64,000 nt of DNA, taken from NCBI GenBank assembly GCA_030390025.1, contig CM059430.1, forward strand, positions 67,890,001-67,954,000, given 5' to 3'. Below are positions 37,537 through 48,639 of this stretch, piece by piece. The notes under the pieces were generated by a model. That model saw only the letters and a program-made list of their open reading frames with translations. It searched no databases and had not been told where the DNA came from. Numbering within the stretch: position 1 is the first letter of the stretch; every line of letters starts with the position of its first letter. The DNA comes from Squalus acanthias. Its lineage: Eukaryota. Made by a program: the position numbers and the translations under genes.

Positions 37537-38247
37537 GCACAAGGGTTCTCAATTGTGTGTTCTGATAGACTTAATTGTGAATTTTCTGTTCTTTTCTTAT
37601 GTTGGATTAAATTTATGTTGAATAAAGGTTTGACATCGTTGCCATATGTGTCTTGACAATTTGAGATGGCACAGTGAAGGGTAAGTGCGCCTTTAAATCT
37701 AGCAATGCAGGTGACAGTGATATAGAGTGAACACCCCATACATGCAGCCTAAACACAGGCCGGAATTTTGCCAGCGCTTAGAGTGCGGGTTTGGAGGAGG
37801 GTCAGCGGTTAAAGTCATTGGCCCAGAAATTCGTCCGAATACGGGAGAGTACGCACTGTGTACTCACCCATATTCGGTCCTGAAGTGCCGGTTTCCTGCA
37901 TGCACTTCGCATGCGCAGGAAACCGGCACTTCCGATATTGCGAAGGGGGCGGTTCCTAAGTGAACTGCGTGCGCACTACAGGCTGTGTGCACGCAGCACA
38001 CTTAGTTTTTTTTCAGGTTTGAATGCGAAGATAAGTGTTGAAGATTTTACACATGAAGAAAGGAGGCGTAAGACCCCCTTTAACAAGGTAAGTAGTTAAT
38101 TAAGTATTATTTTTAAAAATTTTCAACAGGTTTATCTTTTTTAGAGACTTTAACGAAAGGTAAGTTTAGTTTTATAACTTTTAAAAAGAATTTCAAGATT
38201 TTCAAAAATTTAACTTTTTGTTTAAAGTGGTTAATTTATTTAACTAT

Positions 38248-38958
38248 GCCATGCCAAATCATGGACACAGATACCATCATCACACGTGAGGACACTACCC
38301 ACCAGGTACACGGTACATACTCATGTGACTCGGCCAACGTTGTCTACCTGATACGTTGCAGTAAAGGATGCTCCAGAGCATGGTACATCGGCGAGACCAT
38401 GCAGACACTGAGACAACGTATGAACGGACACCGTGCAACAATCGCCAGGCAGGAGGGTTGCCTCCCAGTCGGGGAACACTTCAGCAGCCAGGGGCATTCA
38501 GCCTCGGATCTGCGGGTAAGCGTTCTCCAAGGCGGCCTTCGAGATACACGACAGCGCAAAATCATAGAGCAGAAACTGATAGCCAAGTTCCGCACTCATG
38601 AGGATGGCCTCAATCGCGATATCGGATTCATGTCACGATACAGAACGTGACTTGACATCATGGCCGGTCTTCCCAGGTGTTTTTTTTTAAAAAGACTAAC
38701 ACAAGAACCTACACAAATTGACAGGATATGCAGCCAGCAGGTGGTTTGACACGTTGGACCCCCTGGGACACATCTCATTCTCTTGGCTGTGCTCTTTGAT
38801 GTAGGGAAAGATGTGAATAGATTTTGTCTGTGTTTAAATTGTGAATTCTGGGAGATTCTCTCACTGCTAACTTACCTGACGAAGGAGCGAACTGCTCCGA
38901 AAGCTTGTAAAATTAAATAAATCTGTTGGACTATAACCTGGTGTTGTGCGACTTCTCA
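38248..38958 (+). mobile_element. 5'-truncated Penelope-like retroelement (GIY-YIG endonuclease + 3' pLTR)
   Basis: ORF 38246-38650 CDSANVVYLIRC..C..WYIGET..LRQRMNGH...H...E; 11-bp TSD TATTTAACTAT at 38237-38247 and 38959-38969. Confidence 0.9.
38872..38910 (+). ncRNA. Minimal type I hammerhead ribozyme in the Penelope 3' end
   Basis: UUAC-CUGACGA-A-GGAGC(GAACU)GCUCC-GAAA-GC-UU-GUAA: conserved core, 5-bp stem II, palindromic AAGCUU stem III, 4-bp stem I. Confidence 0.8.
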
Positions 38959-39472
38959 TATTTAACTATAGTTAGTTTATTAATGTGATGGTTTTTTTTA
39001 AAATTTAATTGAGGTTTAGCTGTTCTTTTGGGGGCAAGTTGTATTCATAGCTTTGACAGCTCTTCCTGTCAAAACTATGAATGAAAGATGGTGTGCTGCC
39101 ATTGGCTCTAACTGGCCCACGTGATCCCAGAGGTCGCATCGAACTAACTGCGCCTCTGGGACACGCACACACTGCGCGCCGGCACCAGGGAGAGGCCCAG
39201 GAACTGAAGTGTGTGTGGGCCAAAACCATAAAGGCATTCGCGGAGTGTGATATCGCGGGGGATGCTTAACCCGCGGCAACCATCGAAGTCCAATTTCTGG
39301 GTCATCGTTATGTTTGACGGCAGGTTCCGAACCAGAGTGCAGGTCTGACCGATCACGGCCAATGAAAATGCTGAAAAATTTAAGTAAAGCATTCAGAAAC
39401 TTTTTTGATTGATGCAACCATCAGCCTCATCAAATAGCGCTCCCTAAGCAACCGGCCTCCCTAACAATGCCT

Positions 39473-40272
39473 CTTTTTTTATTTGTTCATGGGATCTGGG
39501 CGTCACTGGCAAGGCCAGCATTTATTGTCCATTCCTAATAGCCCTTGAGAAAGTGGTGGTGAACCGCCTACTTGAACCGCTGCAGTCCGTGTGGTGAATA
39601 TACTCCCACAGTGCCGTTAGGGAGTGAGTTCCAGGATTTTGACCCAGCGAAGATGAAGGAACGGCGATATTCTTCCAAATCAGGATGGACTGTGACTTGG
39701 AAGGGAACTTGGAAGGGGTGGTGTTCCCATGCGCCTGCTGACCTTGTCCTTCTAGGTGGAAGAGGTTTGGGAGTTGCTGCCGAAGAAGCCTTGGCGAGTT
39801 GCTGCAGTGCACCTTGTAGATGTTACACACTGTTGCCACGGCACACCGGTGGTGCAGGGAGTGAATGTTTAAGGTAGTGGATGGGGTGCCAATCAAGCGG
39901 GCTGTTTTGTCCTGGATGGTGTCGAGCTTCTTGAGTGTTTTTCTAGATCCACTCATCCAGGCAAATGTAGAGTATTTCATCGCACTCCTGACTTGTGCCT
40001 TGTAGATGGTGGAAAGTCTTTGGGGACTCAGGATGTGAGACACTCGCCGCAGAATACCCAGCCTCTGACCTGCTCTTGTTGCCACAGTATTGATGTGGCT
40101 GGTCTAGTTACATTTCTGGTCAATGGTGACCTCCCAAGATGTTGAAGGTGGGTGATTCGGCGATGGTAATGCCGTTGAATGTCAAGGGGCGGTATTTAGA
40201 CGCTCGCTTGTTGGAGATAGTCATTTCCTTGCACTTGTGTCGCGCGAATGTTTCCTGCCACTTATCAGCCCA
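39473..40272 (-). mobile_element. L2/CR1-group LINE 3' fragment
   Basis: ATRAGQRLGILRRVSH...IYKAQVRS; T-rich tail at 39473. Confidence 0.85.
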
Positions 40273-42014
40273 TTCAGGACATTCAGGACAATCTCCGCTT
40301 TGCCTGACCAGCGAACAGTGTGCAGCTACAGTCCTTTAATGCTCTAAGCGGCTTTTAGTCTCAAATATGTACATACAACTTAATAGCGACAGGATAGCTC
40401 TCCTTTTAGTTAAAAGCTGTAGTTCGAGCTAGCGCCATTGCTGTTTACCAGTCAGTTGTCTTACTTTGAAAATTGCTTTTCAATTTACTTGGCTGTAAAT
40501 AGTTTATTTAATATTGCTAAACAGCTTTATCCCTTTTTAAAATCTTGCTTCTGTATCGCTCACAGGTACAGTTAATTCGGATCAGAATGAATCAGAAACA
40601 GGTAAGTTGCATTTATACGCTACATATAACTGTTTGAGACTTTCAGATGAAACAATGTTTAGCTGTATCCATATTTCACCTTCCTGAAAATGCACACGGG
40701 CTCAGCGCCTTTCATAAAACGTCCAGAACAGAAAGTCAAAAAAAAAAAAAAACAAGGAGTTAGGTGCAAACAGTCCTGTTTTATGCGGATATCGAATTTG
40801 TAAATTTGCCACCGATGATTACATTGATTGTACACAAACCGCATCAGGCGCACACAAGTGCAAGAGTCACACAGAGATACTGCAATAAGATAAGATTCCT
40901 TCCAATTTAAATAAGCTTTTAGTTTGAAAATTGCCCTGTGTGATATGAACACAGGATCGCTGAAGGTTTGTGTATTAAATTCCCTGCCCATTATTTTACT
41001 GGAGACAGCAACTACTTTGAAGTTAATTGGTTAATGATTGTGTTGAGGTAACCGACTGAAGAAGTTGTTATGAATTCTTAAAGATTCCTTTCCGAATGTT
41101 GTACTGCATAAATTCAAGGGCCTTATTCAATCGTCCGTAAATAGCTGGGTCTCTAGTTATGCTGTGAGACAGCAGCTTTGGAACTCGGAATGCTTTGGTC
41201 CAAAATTTCTCTCTTCCTCATTTCACCGAATGCACAAATCCATTTAAAACAGAACGGCAAAACGCCTCCTCTAAAAGAGGGGAGAGACAAATTGCAGATA
41301 ATACCAAAATTGTTCTCAGGGAGTAACCTCAGAGCGTATTTCTACAAACCAGGTTGTTGGATGGGGTTGGATTTGAGAAATGTTCTTACCCTGTTTCGAA
41401 AAGTTTTATTTGGCAGTAATGACAGAACATCAGATAAAACTATAATCCTGGTCACTTTCAAAGTGAGAGCTATGGGCCCAAAAATGAGTGTTACTACGCG
41501 AGAGTACGCACTGTGTACTCTCGCGTATTCTGTCTCCAATTGCCGGTTTTCTGCATGCACTGCGCATGCGCTGAAAACCGGCACTTCATGTTGGGTCACC
41601 TGCAGGTATCTCCGAGGAATCGCGTGGGCCGGAGATTCTGCGCGTGCGTCTTGAACTTCAATATTTTTTGTGAATGAAAGTAGTGTGTGTAAGCTCCTAG
41701 CAGTTACACATGTAAAAAGCAGGAGTAACAGCCATTTTTGAAGATCCGGAGACAGCAGCAGGAATACATCCTTTTGCAGTGGGGCTACTGAAGTGAGTTT
41801 TTTAAATCTGAAAGCCACCAAAGTTTATTTAATTAAGTCTTAGATAAGTTTGCAATTTTAAAAAAAGTTTAAAAACGAGTTTTGACCATTTGGAGTAGTA
41901 TAGCAACTGTGGGTGTGTACAAGGCATATTTAGGTATCTATCATAAATGTGAAAATGAAAGTTTAAAAATGAACTATTTACATTTCAAAAAGTTTTAAAG
42001 ATGAAAATGAGTAA

Positions 42015-42047
42015 GTAAGTATGTATGTATGTATGTATGTATGTATG
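42015..42047 (+). repeat. (GTAT)n microsatellite
   Basis: Direct reading. Confidence 0.9.
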
Positions 42048-42252
42048 CATTAATTTATGAAAATGTTACAGTTCTGGAAAATCAACTAGGGCCGTGTGGC
42101 GGGTAGATGTGTTCCCAATCCGATAGCGCACGTTTCCCACCATAGCCGAACCTGATTTTATAGACACTCACTTAACTAAAGTTACTTTAACAACTATTTC
42201 CATTTTTTCATTTCAACTTTCTGTCTGAAGAGGAAGCATGTGAGGGAGAAAG

Positions 42253-43388
42253 ATGCCCTTACACAATCAATTCCTGTTCCTCTGTGGGATTGTGTATCAG
42301 AGAATTTTTGAATACAGACAACTAATCAGACGGAGGAACCAAGCCCGTCTCCTCCAGAGAAGGAGAAACTACTACCCACCAAATAGAATGTACAGGGAGA
42401 GGCTGACATTTGAGATGCTGTCGGAGGAGTTGTGTGTGAGGAGGCTGCGCTTCAGTAAAGAGTCAATTGGCCGAATCTGTGACATGTTAAAGGAGGACCT
42501 TCAAACACGCTCGAAGAGCCGCTATGCATTGTCAGTGAGCATGAAGGTAACCACACCACTGAACTTCTTTGCAAGTTGGACTATTCAGGCAAGCACCGGT
42601 GACATTTCCAACATATCCAAGAATGCTGCGAGGGCCTGCATTCACCAGGTCACAGAAGCCATTTTCCGTAGGGCTTCTGAGTTCATTAACTATGACTTGT
42701 CCCCTCGCCATCAAAAGGAGATGGCGCTTGCATTTCATAACATTGCTGGATTCCCCAAAGTGATTGGGGCCGTCGATGGAAACCATGTAGCATTAAAGGC
42801 ACCAGGGGTTGCACCTGTGACATTTATCAACAGGAAGGGGTTTCATTCATTGTCTGTGATGCGCATCTCAGGATCTTAAATGTGAATGCAAGTAACCGTG
42901 GAAGTAATCATGACTCCTACGTCCACCATAACTCTAACTTATATGGCGCCCTCAACGCATTGCCTCCAGGATCCGCATGGATATTGGGCGACAAGGGCTA
43001 CCCGCTAAGACCATGGCTGATGACTCCCTACCGCAAGACCAATAATGAGGCTCAGGAGAGATACAACCAGATACACGTGTCCACACGGCAAGTGGTGGAG
43101 AGGACAATCAGAGTTCTGAAATCACGCTTCCGGTGCCTGGACAGGTCAGGGGGGAACTTGCAGTATTCTCCTCTGAAAGTGGCAAAGATTGTGGTGGTCT
43201 GTTGTGCTTTGCATAACTTTGCCCTGCGGGAAGGACTGACCCTTAACGCTGCAGATGAACTACCTGCAGAAATGGAGGACGTGGACAATGCCAATGTGCC
43301 TGTGGGAAGGCATGATGGGGAAGAGCCAACTGCTGCTCAAATTAAGGCTGTTCGGGAGCAGCTGGTAGCCAACACCTTCACGAGGTAG
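42253..43388 (+). pseudogene. Harbinger (HARBI1-like) DDE transposase with one frameshifting deletion
   Basis: GFPKVIGAVDG, FINRKGFHS|IVCDAHLRILNVNA (frame change ~42850 where the usual LNVQ-like residues are missing), GSNHDS, LGDKGYPLRPWLMTPY, VVERTI..LKSRFRCL, CCALHNF. Confidence 0.92.
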
Positions 43389-43939
43389 TGTTGCCTTGTA
43401 CCTCCCTTTCCCCCTCCCCCTCCCTCTCCCTCTCCACCAACAAGGCAAATAAAGGTACAGACACAATTTAAAGTGAAACAGTGCTCTTTTATTGCAGCAT
43501 TATAGACTTCTGAGGTTCATTGTTGATGCACATAGTTTATAACTTTTCAATGTTAACTAGCTACTTTTCAACTTTGTAAACAATCGGAAACAGAAATAGG
43601 TTATAAAAAAATGTGTAAACAGTTCTGACTTACTTTTTTGCTTCGTTAATGCAATAAAGACATTCAAGATGGAAAATAACTCTTTCCTAAATGTAAAAAA
43701 GTTTTAATGTTCAATTTTTTGTGCAAATAAACAATTTGAATTTTTAAAAAGTGACTAGAGGCTGTACTTTTTCAATGAAAAGCTTACTTTCAGTTTCAGT
43801 GTCAAATATATATTTAAATAAAAAAAAAATGAAAACATGTAACTTTGAAATAAAACGAAAAATTAAACAATTGAAAAATTTAGCCACTCGAAACTATTCC
43901 TGAGGGTCAATGGATGTGCATTGTGGAACATGCAACACC

Positions 43940-44922
43940 CTACTGTCTCTTGCGCTTTCCCGCTCCCTGTGACCGTTGCCCGGTGCTGCGACTTGAAATG
44001 GCCCTGCTTGCCGTCTCTTGCCCTTCAGCAATTGCCTCCTGACAGGGTTGTTGCTGCTGCTGCTGCAAGGCAATGTTTGCTTGCATCATCATAGGCGGAG
44101 CAGGTGGCTCTTGGACCTGCACTGATTCTGCGCTGGGAGCAGGTAAGGTTGGTTCTGAGGGAGTCACAGTAATGGCAGCAGACATTATTTGCATGAGTCC
44201 AACAAGAGACTCATTTATTTTCCTAAGATCCACTCCCAAATCGGGTTTCTGCAACAGTCCAACAAGAGACTCATTTATTTTCCCAAGATCCACTCCCAAA
44301 TCGGGTTTCTGCAACAGTCCAACAAGAGACTCATTTATTTTCCCAAGATCCACTCCCAAATCGGGTTTCTGCAACAGTCCGACAAGAGACTCATTTATTT
44401 TCTTAAGCTCCATTCCCAGATTTTGAGCTATGATATGATCTTTCATTTCATTAAATGACATGCACAGACATTCCACTCCCTGCTTGACCGAGGCAAGACA
44501 ATCAACTTCTTTCTCTGTAAGAGAAGACATCGATTGACTCAAGCCTTCAAGATGGTGGATGTGACCCTGTATCTGCTGTTCTGCTGCATATATATCTGTG
44601 TCTCCCACATGCCCTGTAGTATCAAGCTGCTGTCTGTTTGGCACAGAGCCAGAGGGGCCAAGAGTTGGAGAGGAAGATGGAGAGGACCTCTCCTGCAACC
44701 CAGATTCCAGAACCTCCATATCCAATTCAGCAACAATTTCCTCTTGCTGCTCCTCCACCACCACCACCTCACTCGCATCTCCCACTTTCGAGGCGGTTTG
44801 GACTTCTCAGTTCCAATTATGCATAATCGCTTCACTTCTACCTCGTCAAGAAGTGTGCGGAGATCATCATCACTGAAATTCTGTGTTCTTTTGATAAATT
44901 GGATATTGCTGATAGCAGCCAT
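43940..44922 (-). pseudogene. Harbinger Myb/SANT partner protein, disrupted
   Basis: KRTQNFSDDDLRTLLDEV (SANT N-terminus), then a frame change near 44790 into the 281-aa ORF ending KRKRQ. Confidence 0.75.
44196..44420. repeat. 60-bp coding tandem repeat, ~3.7 near-identical copies
   Basis: Unit agtccaacaagagactcatttattttcccaagatccactcccaaatcgggtttctgcaac; encodes QKPDLGVDLGKINESLVGLL on the minus strand. Confidence 0.95.
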
Positions 44923-47577
44923 TTCCGTTTGCTGATTATAAACAGTAAAATAATGAAAAAAATGATTTCTGGGCTTTTAAAACTATTTAAATTACTTTAA
45001 ATCTCTTTGCAACTGTTTAAAATTACTCCAATTTAACTAAAAATCTTTAAAAGTTTACAAAACATGCATTTAAATCCAACTTACTTTAACTGCCACGTCT
45101 ACCACTGATAGAATTGTGTCTTCAGCTGCTGGGAAACTACATTCAATTGAGAAAAAAATTGGGGGCGTGGCCTATGGAAAAGTTCCTTAATGGGCGTGTC
45201 TTCACTCCACATCGCACGCGATGCAACGCGCACGCTGCGCTGCAGGGCAGTGTGACGTCATACGCTGCCCTGCACTCCAGCTCAAAAAACATGAAGTTCC
45301 TCCGTGGAGAAATTGAAACGGCAGACGCGGTATGTATTACCGCGCCGGCTCCTTACCGGAGCTTAATTTCTGGGCCATATCCTTCATTACACAAACACTG
45401 CCTAATTTTCTGGACCCTATTTGAATCAGTGATAGAGCCAAATCAAGCAGCTGCTATCACTAACACCACTTTATTAAAAAATGCATCTGTTTTTGCCTAC
45501 ATTAGCTGAAAGCGCCTTTAATGACTTTACCCTAATTATATCTAATTTACATATTGGACAGGACGTCAACTTTGAGTTCTCAATTTCACTGCAAGGTCAA
45601 AGATCTCTCGTTCCCACTGGCGATATTCCTTTCCATTCTGCTGTCCATTTATCAGCTGGAGAAATGACAGGGAGGCAAAAAATCGATTTATAAAGAAAAA
45701 ATTATCTACCTGTATTTCCATTTTTGATCCTTACCCTCTGCTAGAAAGTGTTCCTGAGCGGATACCGTGAGGGGACAGGATGGGTTTCAGCTTTGTTGAC
45801 CCTCACAATCGTAAAGCCTACCGCCAATTTAGAACAATTGGGTGACCGTGTAGAGTGTAAACGGCAGCCGTGGGTTTATACTCAAACATAATTCAACACC
45901 TTCAGAGAACAGGGAAGGAAACTGAAGGCATAAAAGTCAGAATCAATTTTCTGAAACCACTTGCAACAACAAATTTAAATATGTTTTATCTCTGACGAGG
46001 TGAAAAGACTGGCAGCAAACTGAATTGTTTACTGCATTGCTGGTAGGCACATCCTAAATACCCACTGGAAAATGCAGTCGAAAATTATATATTGCCAAAC
46101 AGCAATTATAACTTCAGTAGAAATTGCGAGAATGTAATGTTGTAATATCTATTACACAACTTTTCAAATAAATATCTTCTGGTCATGTAATTAAATAAAG
46201 AGTAGATGTGTATCTGGGATAGCAATGTACCTTTTAAAACACATTTCATTTGATACGCAGGATCCTGCATGGGATTAAACCGAAGAATGAAAAGAAGGAG
46301 CGAAAGAATTATGACGATTTCTACAATGTGTTTTTTATATACAGTCCATGTAATGGGCAACTCGTGAGGAATTAACTTGTGCGGGTGACTCTGAACATTA
46401 ACTGAACATCTCAAATACATTAACGTATGTACCTCGGTGACGCATAGAATCAGGAGCAGTTAAACAAAGATTGTACACATGGAACAAGATTATTGTCACC
46501 TAAGATGCATACTTAAATGATTCGTTATGGACTAGAAATGAATCGGTACACGGAAATAGCTAAGATTTGTACAGTTGGTCCTTGTTGTGTCTCTCTGTGC
46601 ATTCTTTTATTCTTCAATTGAGCCTCTAGGTTAAATCTCATTTCCAGTTCACCTACATGACATGTCTCATCGTGTGTTGTCTCCCTCACAGTATCTTACC
46701 GATCTTACCTAGAACAGAGATGCCTCAATGAAAAGGACCGCCTTGAACTACTTCATGTCAATCTGAGTGTCATCTTAAAACTGATGAATTGTTGATAAAT
46801 AAAGCAGTTGCTTACATATTTATCCCAGCCCGTTAAACCATTTGCAAAAATCCCGGCACTGTCCAATACCCCGACATAACGTACACCATTTACTCACTGG
46901 TCTAGTTTCGAGCGATCGATACTGAGAGTTTTTTCAGGCCTTAACTTAATATTTGTTCCTGGGAATTATGTTGAACGGCTTTCCAAATTGCGTACGTGCA
47001 TGTAAAATATAAAAGCATAAATTAGAAAGTAACCTGATTGAAAATATGACAGGTTACAACAAAAAGTTTAAACGGTATAAATAATAAATAAGAAAATAGA
47101 AATAACCGGGGTGCTAATACGTTACTCAAACAAAACAGGCTAGCTTGATCTTTCATTGCTAGCGTTAGACCAATGATTGCTGTTCTTTTGATTTGCATGT
47201 TGCAAAATGAGCAAGCGGACGTGCACAATACGGCGTTAAATTTATCTCCTTCAACCTGTTGCAGTGACAGGGCGAATGTTTCGCAATGTGATTAATACTG
47301 CTGTGCGGCGGCGATAGGCTGTTTACAGTCCTTTCAATTTAACCAAATACTCGAGTTATTTCTGCTCAGGAAGCTTCGGTTGCATTAGTGCAGGTGTTAA
47401 TATTAAGCCACGCAGTAAACCTCACTAACAAAATATACCGAATATAATACAACATGTACTCTTTATATATGAATATGCTGTATGTCAAATGGTAATAACC
47501 GCAATAAAATAAATAGGTGATTTGGGATTGATCTGTGGTGTTGCGAGCAAGCACTTTCCCAAGAGGAATTCAATGTT

Positions 47578-48008
47578 TACGGTAGTGTAGTGGCAATGTT
47601 ACTGGACTTGTCATCCAGCGAGCATGAATTAAAACTTCAGCATGGCACTTTGAGAATTTTAATTCAGTTTGAAAATAAAAAGCATGATAATAAAAAATGT
47701 TTCAGATAAATCTCTTTATGGATGTGATTGAGGAGTAAAGATGTGATAGGAGTAAAATTGGCAATCAAGCTGTTAGATTGTTGTAACAAAAAAAACAGCG
47801 GTTTACTATTGACTAACGATCAACTAACGGTTCACTCCTTTAAGGAATGAAAACTCGTAGCCGGTCTATATGTGTCTCCAGTCTCGCACCAATGTGGTTC
47901 ACTCTGAACTGTACTCTGAAAAAGCCTAGGATTCCATCCAGTTGTAAAAAAAAGCCCTTCAAGGAGAAAACCTGGCACCATCACCTTCTCATGTCAAAGG
48001 GATGAGTC
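47578..48008 (+). mobile_element. SINE-like element sharing head and tail with the tRNA-headed LINE
   Basis: 5' part aligns by eye to the reverse complement of 19526-19200; 3' part (ttcaagga...caccatcaccttctca...agggatg) resembles the LINE 3' end. Confidence 0.65.
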
Positions 48009-48639
48009 CAAAACCAATTAGAAAATAAGAAGAAATCCTACGATGTAAAGGTGACAAATCATTTATATTTAAACTAGTTTACCTGCTTTCGAAAGTGCAG
48101 AAGCAGATTTAAAACAATGTTGCCTACTTCCTGCCCATTTCTCTTCTGCTCTTTAAAGTGAATCAGATAAGCGTCCACTTGCACAATTAGCTCTCCTGTA
48201 CCATTCACCCTCACCCAAATGACCATTAATCAAGCGTCAGTCCCAATGGTGACTGGGAGTGAAACATGGAAATGGAGGCAGAATTGGGCCATAGCGGGCA
48301 TGCACGCATAGACACACACCTTATAGCAGGCGTCACGAGTGCAGATACAGGTGAGAAAATAAATTTGGGCCGTGCGCTAGGAAAGACACTACAGATTCCC
48401 TACAGAGAATCAAATTGTTTTTGAAATTATTCCATGGATTCTTTTTTATCTCCACTATTCTAACTGGAAGTTCCTTCCACATGGTGACCACGCCTGTGTG
48501 AAAATAAATCTTCCTGATATCAGTCTAAAATTTACCTTCTGCTCGTTTGCACTCGTGTCAACTTGTCCTACAATCATTGCTTAGCTGTCAGTAGTATTCC
48601 CGAATTACCTTTACAATCCTTTTTTGTACATAAGGATCG

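Larger units (their letters stand above)
37820..39303. mobile_element. PIF/Harbinger-type MITE (11069 family) interrupted by a Penelope insertion
   Basis: GGCCCAGAAATT / AATTTCTGGGTC ends, flanks att/atc; colinear with 11069-11830 once 38248-38969 is removed. Confidence 0.85.
41475..45376. mobile_element. Near-complete PIF/Harbinger DNA transposon (~3.9 kb)
   Basis: TIRs GGCCCAAAAAT / ATTTCTGGGCC, flanks atg/ata; convergent transposase and Myb/SANT genes. Confidence 0.88.

Noticed and set aside
41178-41821. Overlapping 158- and 159-aa ORFs
   Set aside because: They span the Harbinger boundary and have no recognisable motifs.
44196-44420. CRISPR-like repeat array
   Set aside because: Head-to-tail units without spacers, in frame within a transposon ORF, in eukaryotic DNA.
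46692-46803. Candidate terminal exon (ctccctcacag acceptor, AATAAA nearby)
   Set aside because: No recognisable peptide and no supported upstream exon chain.
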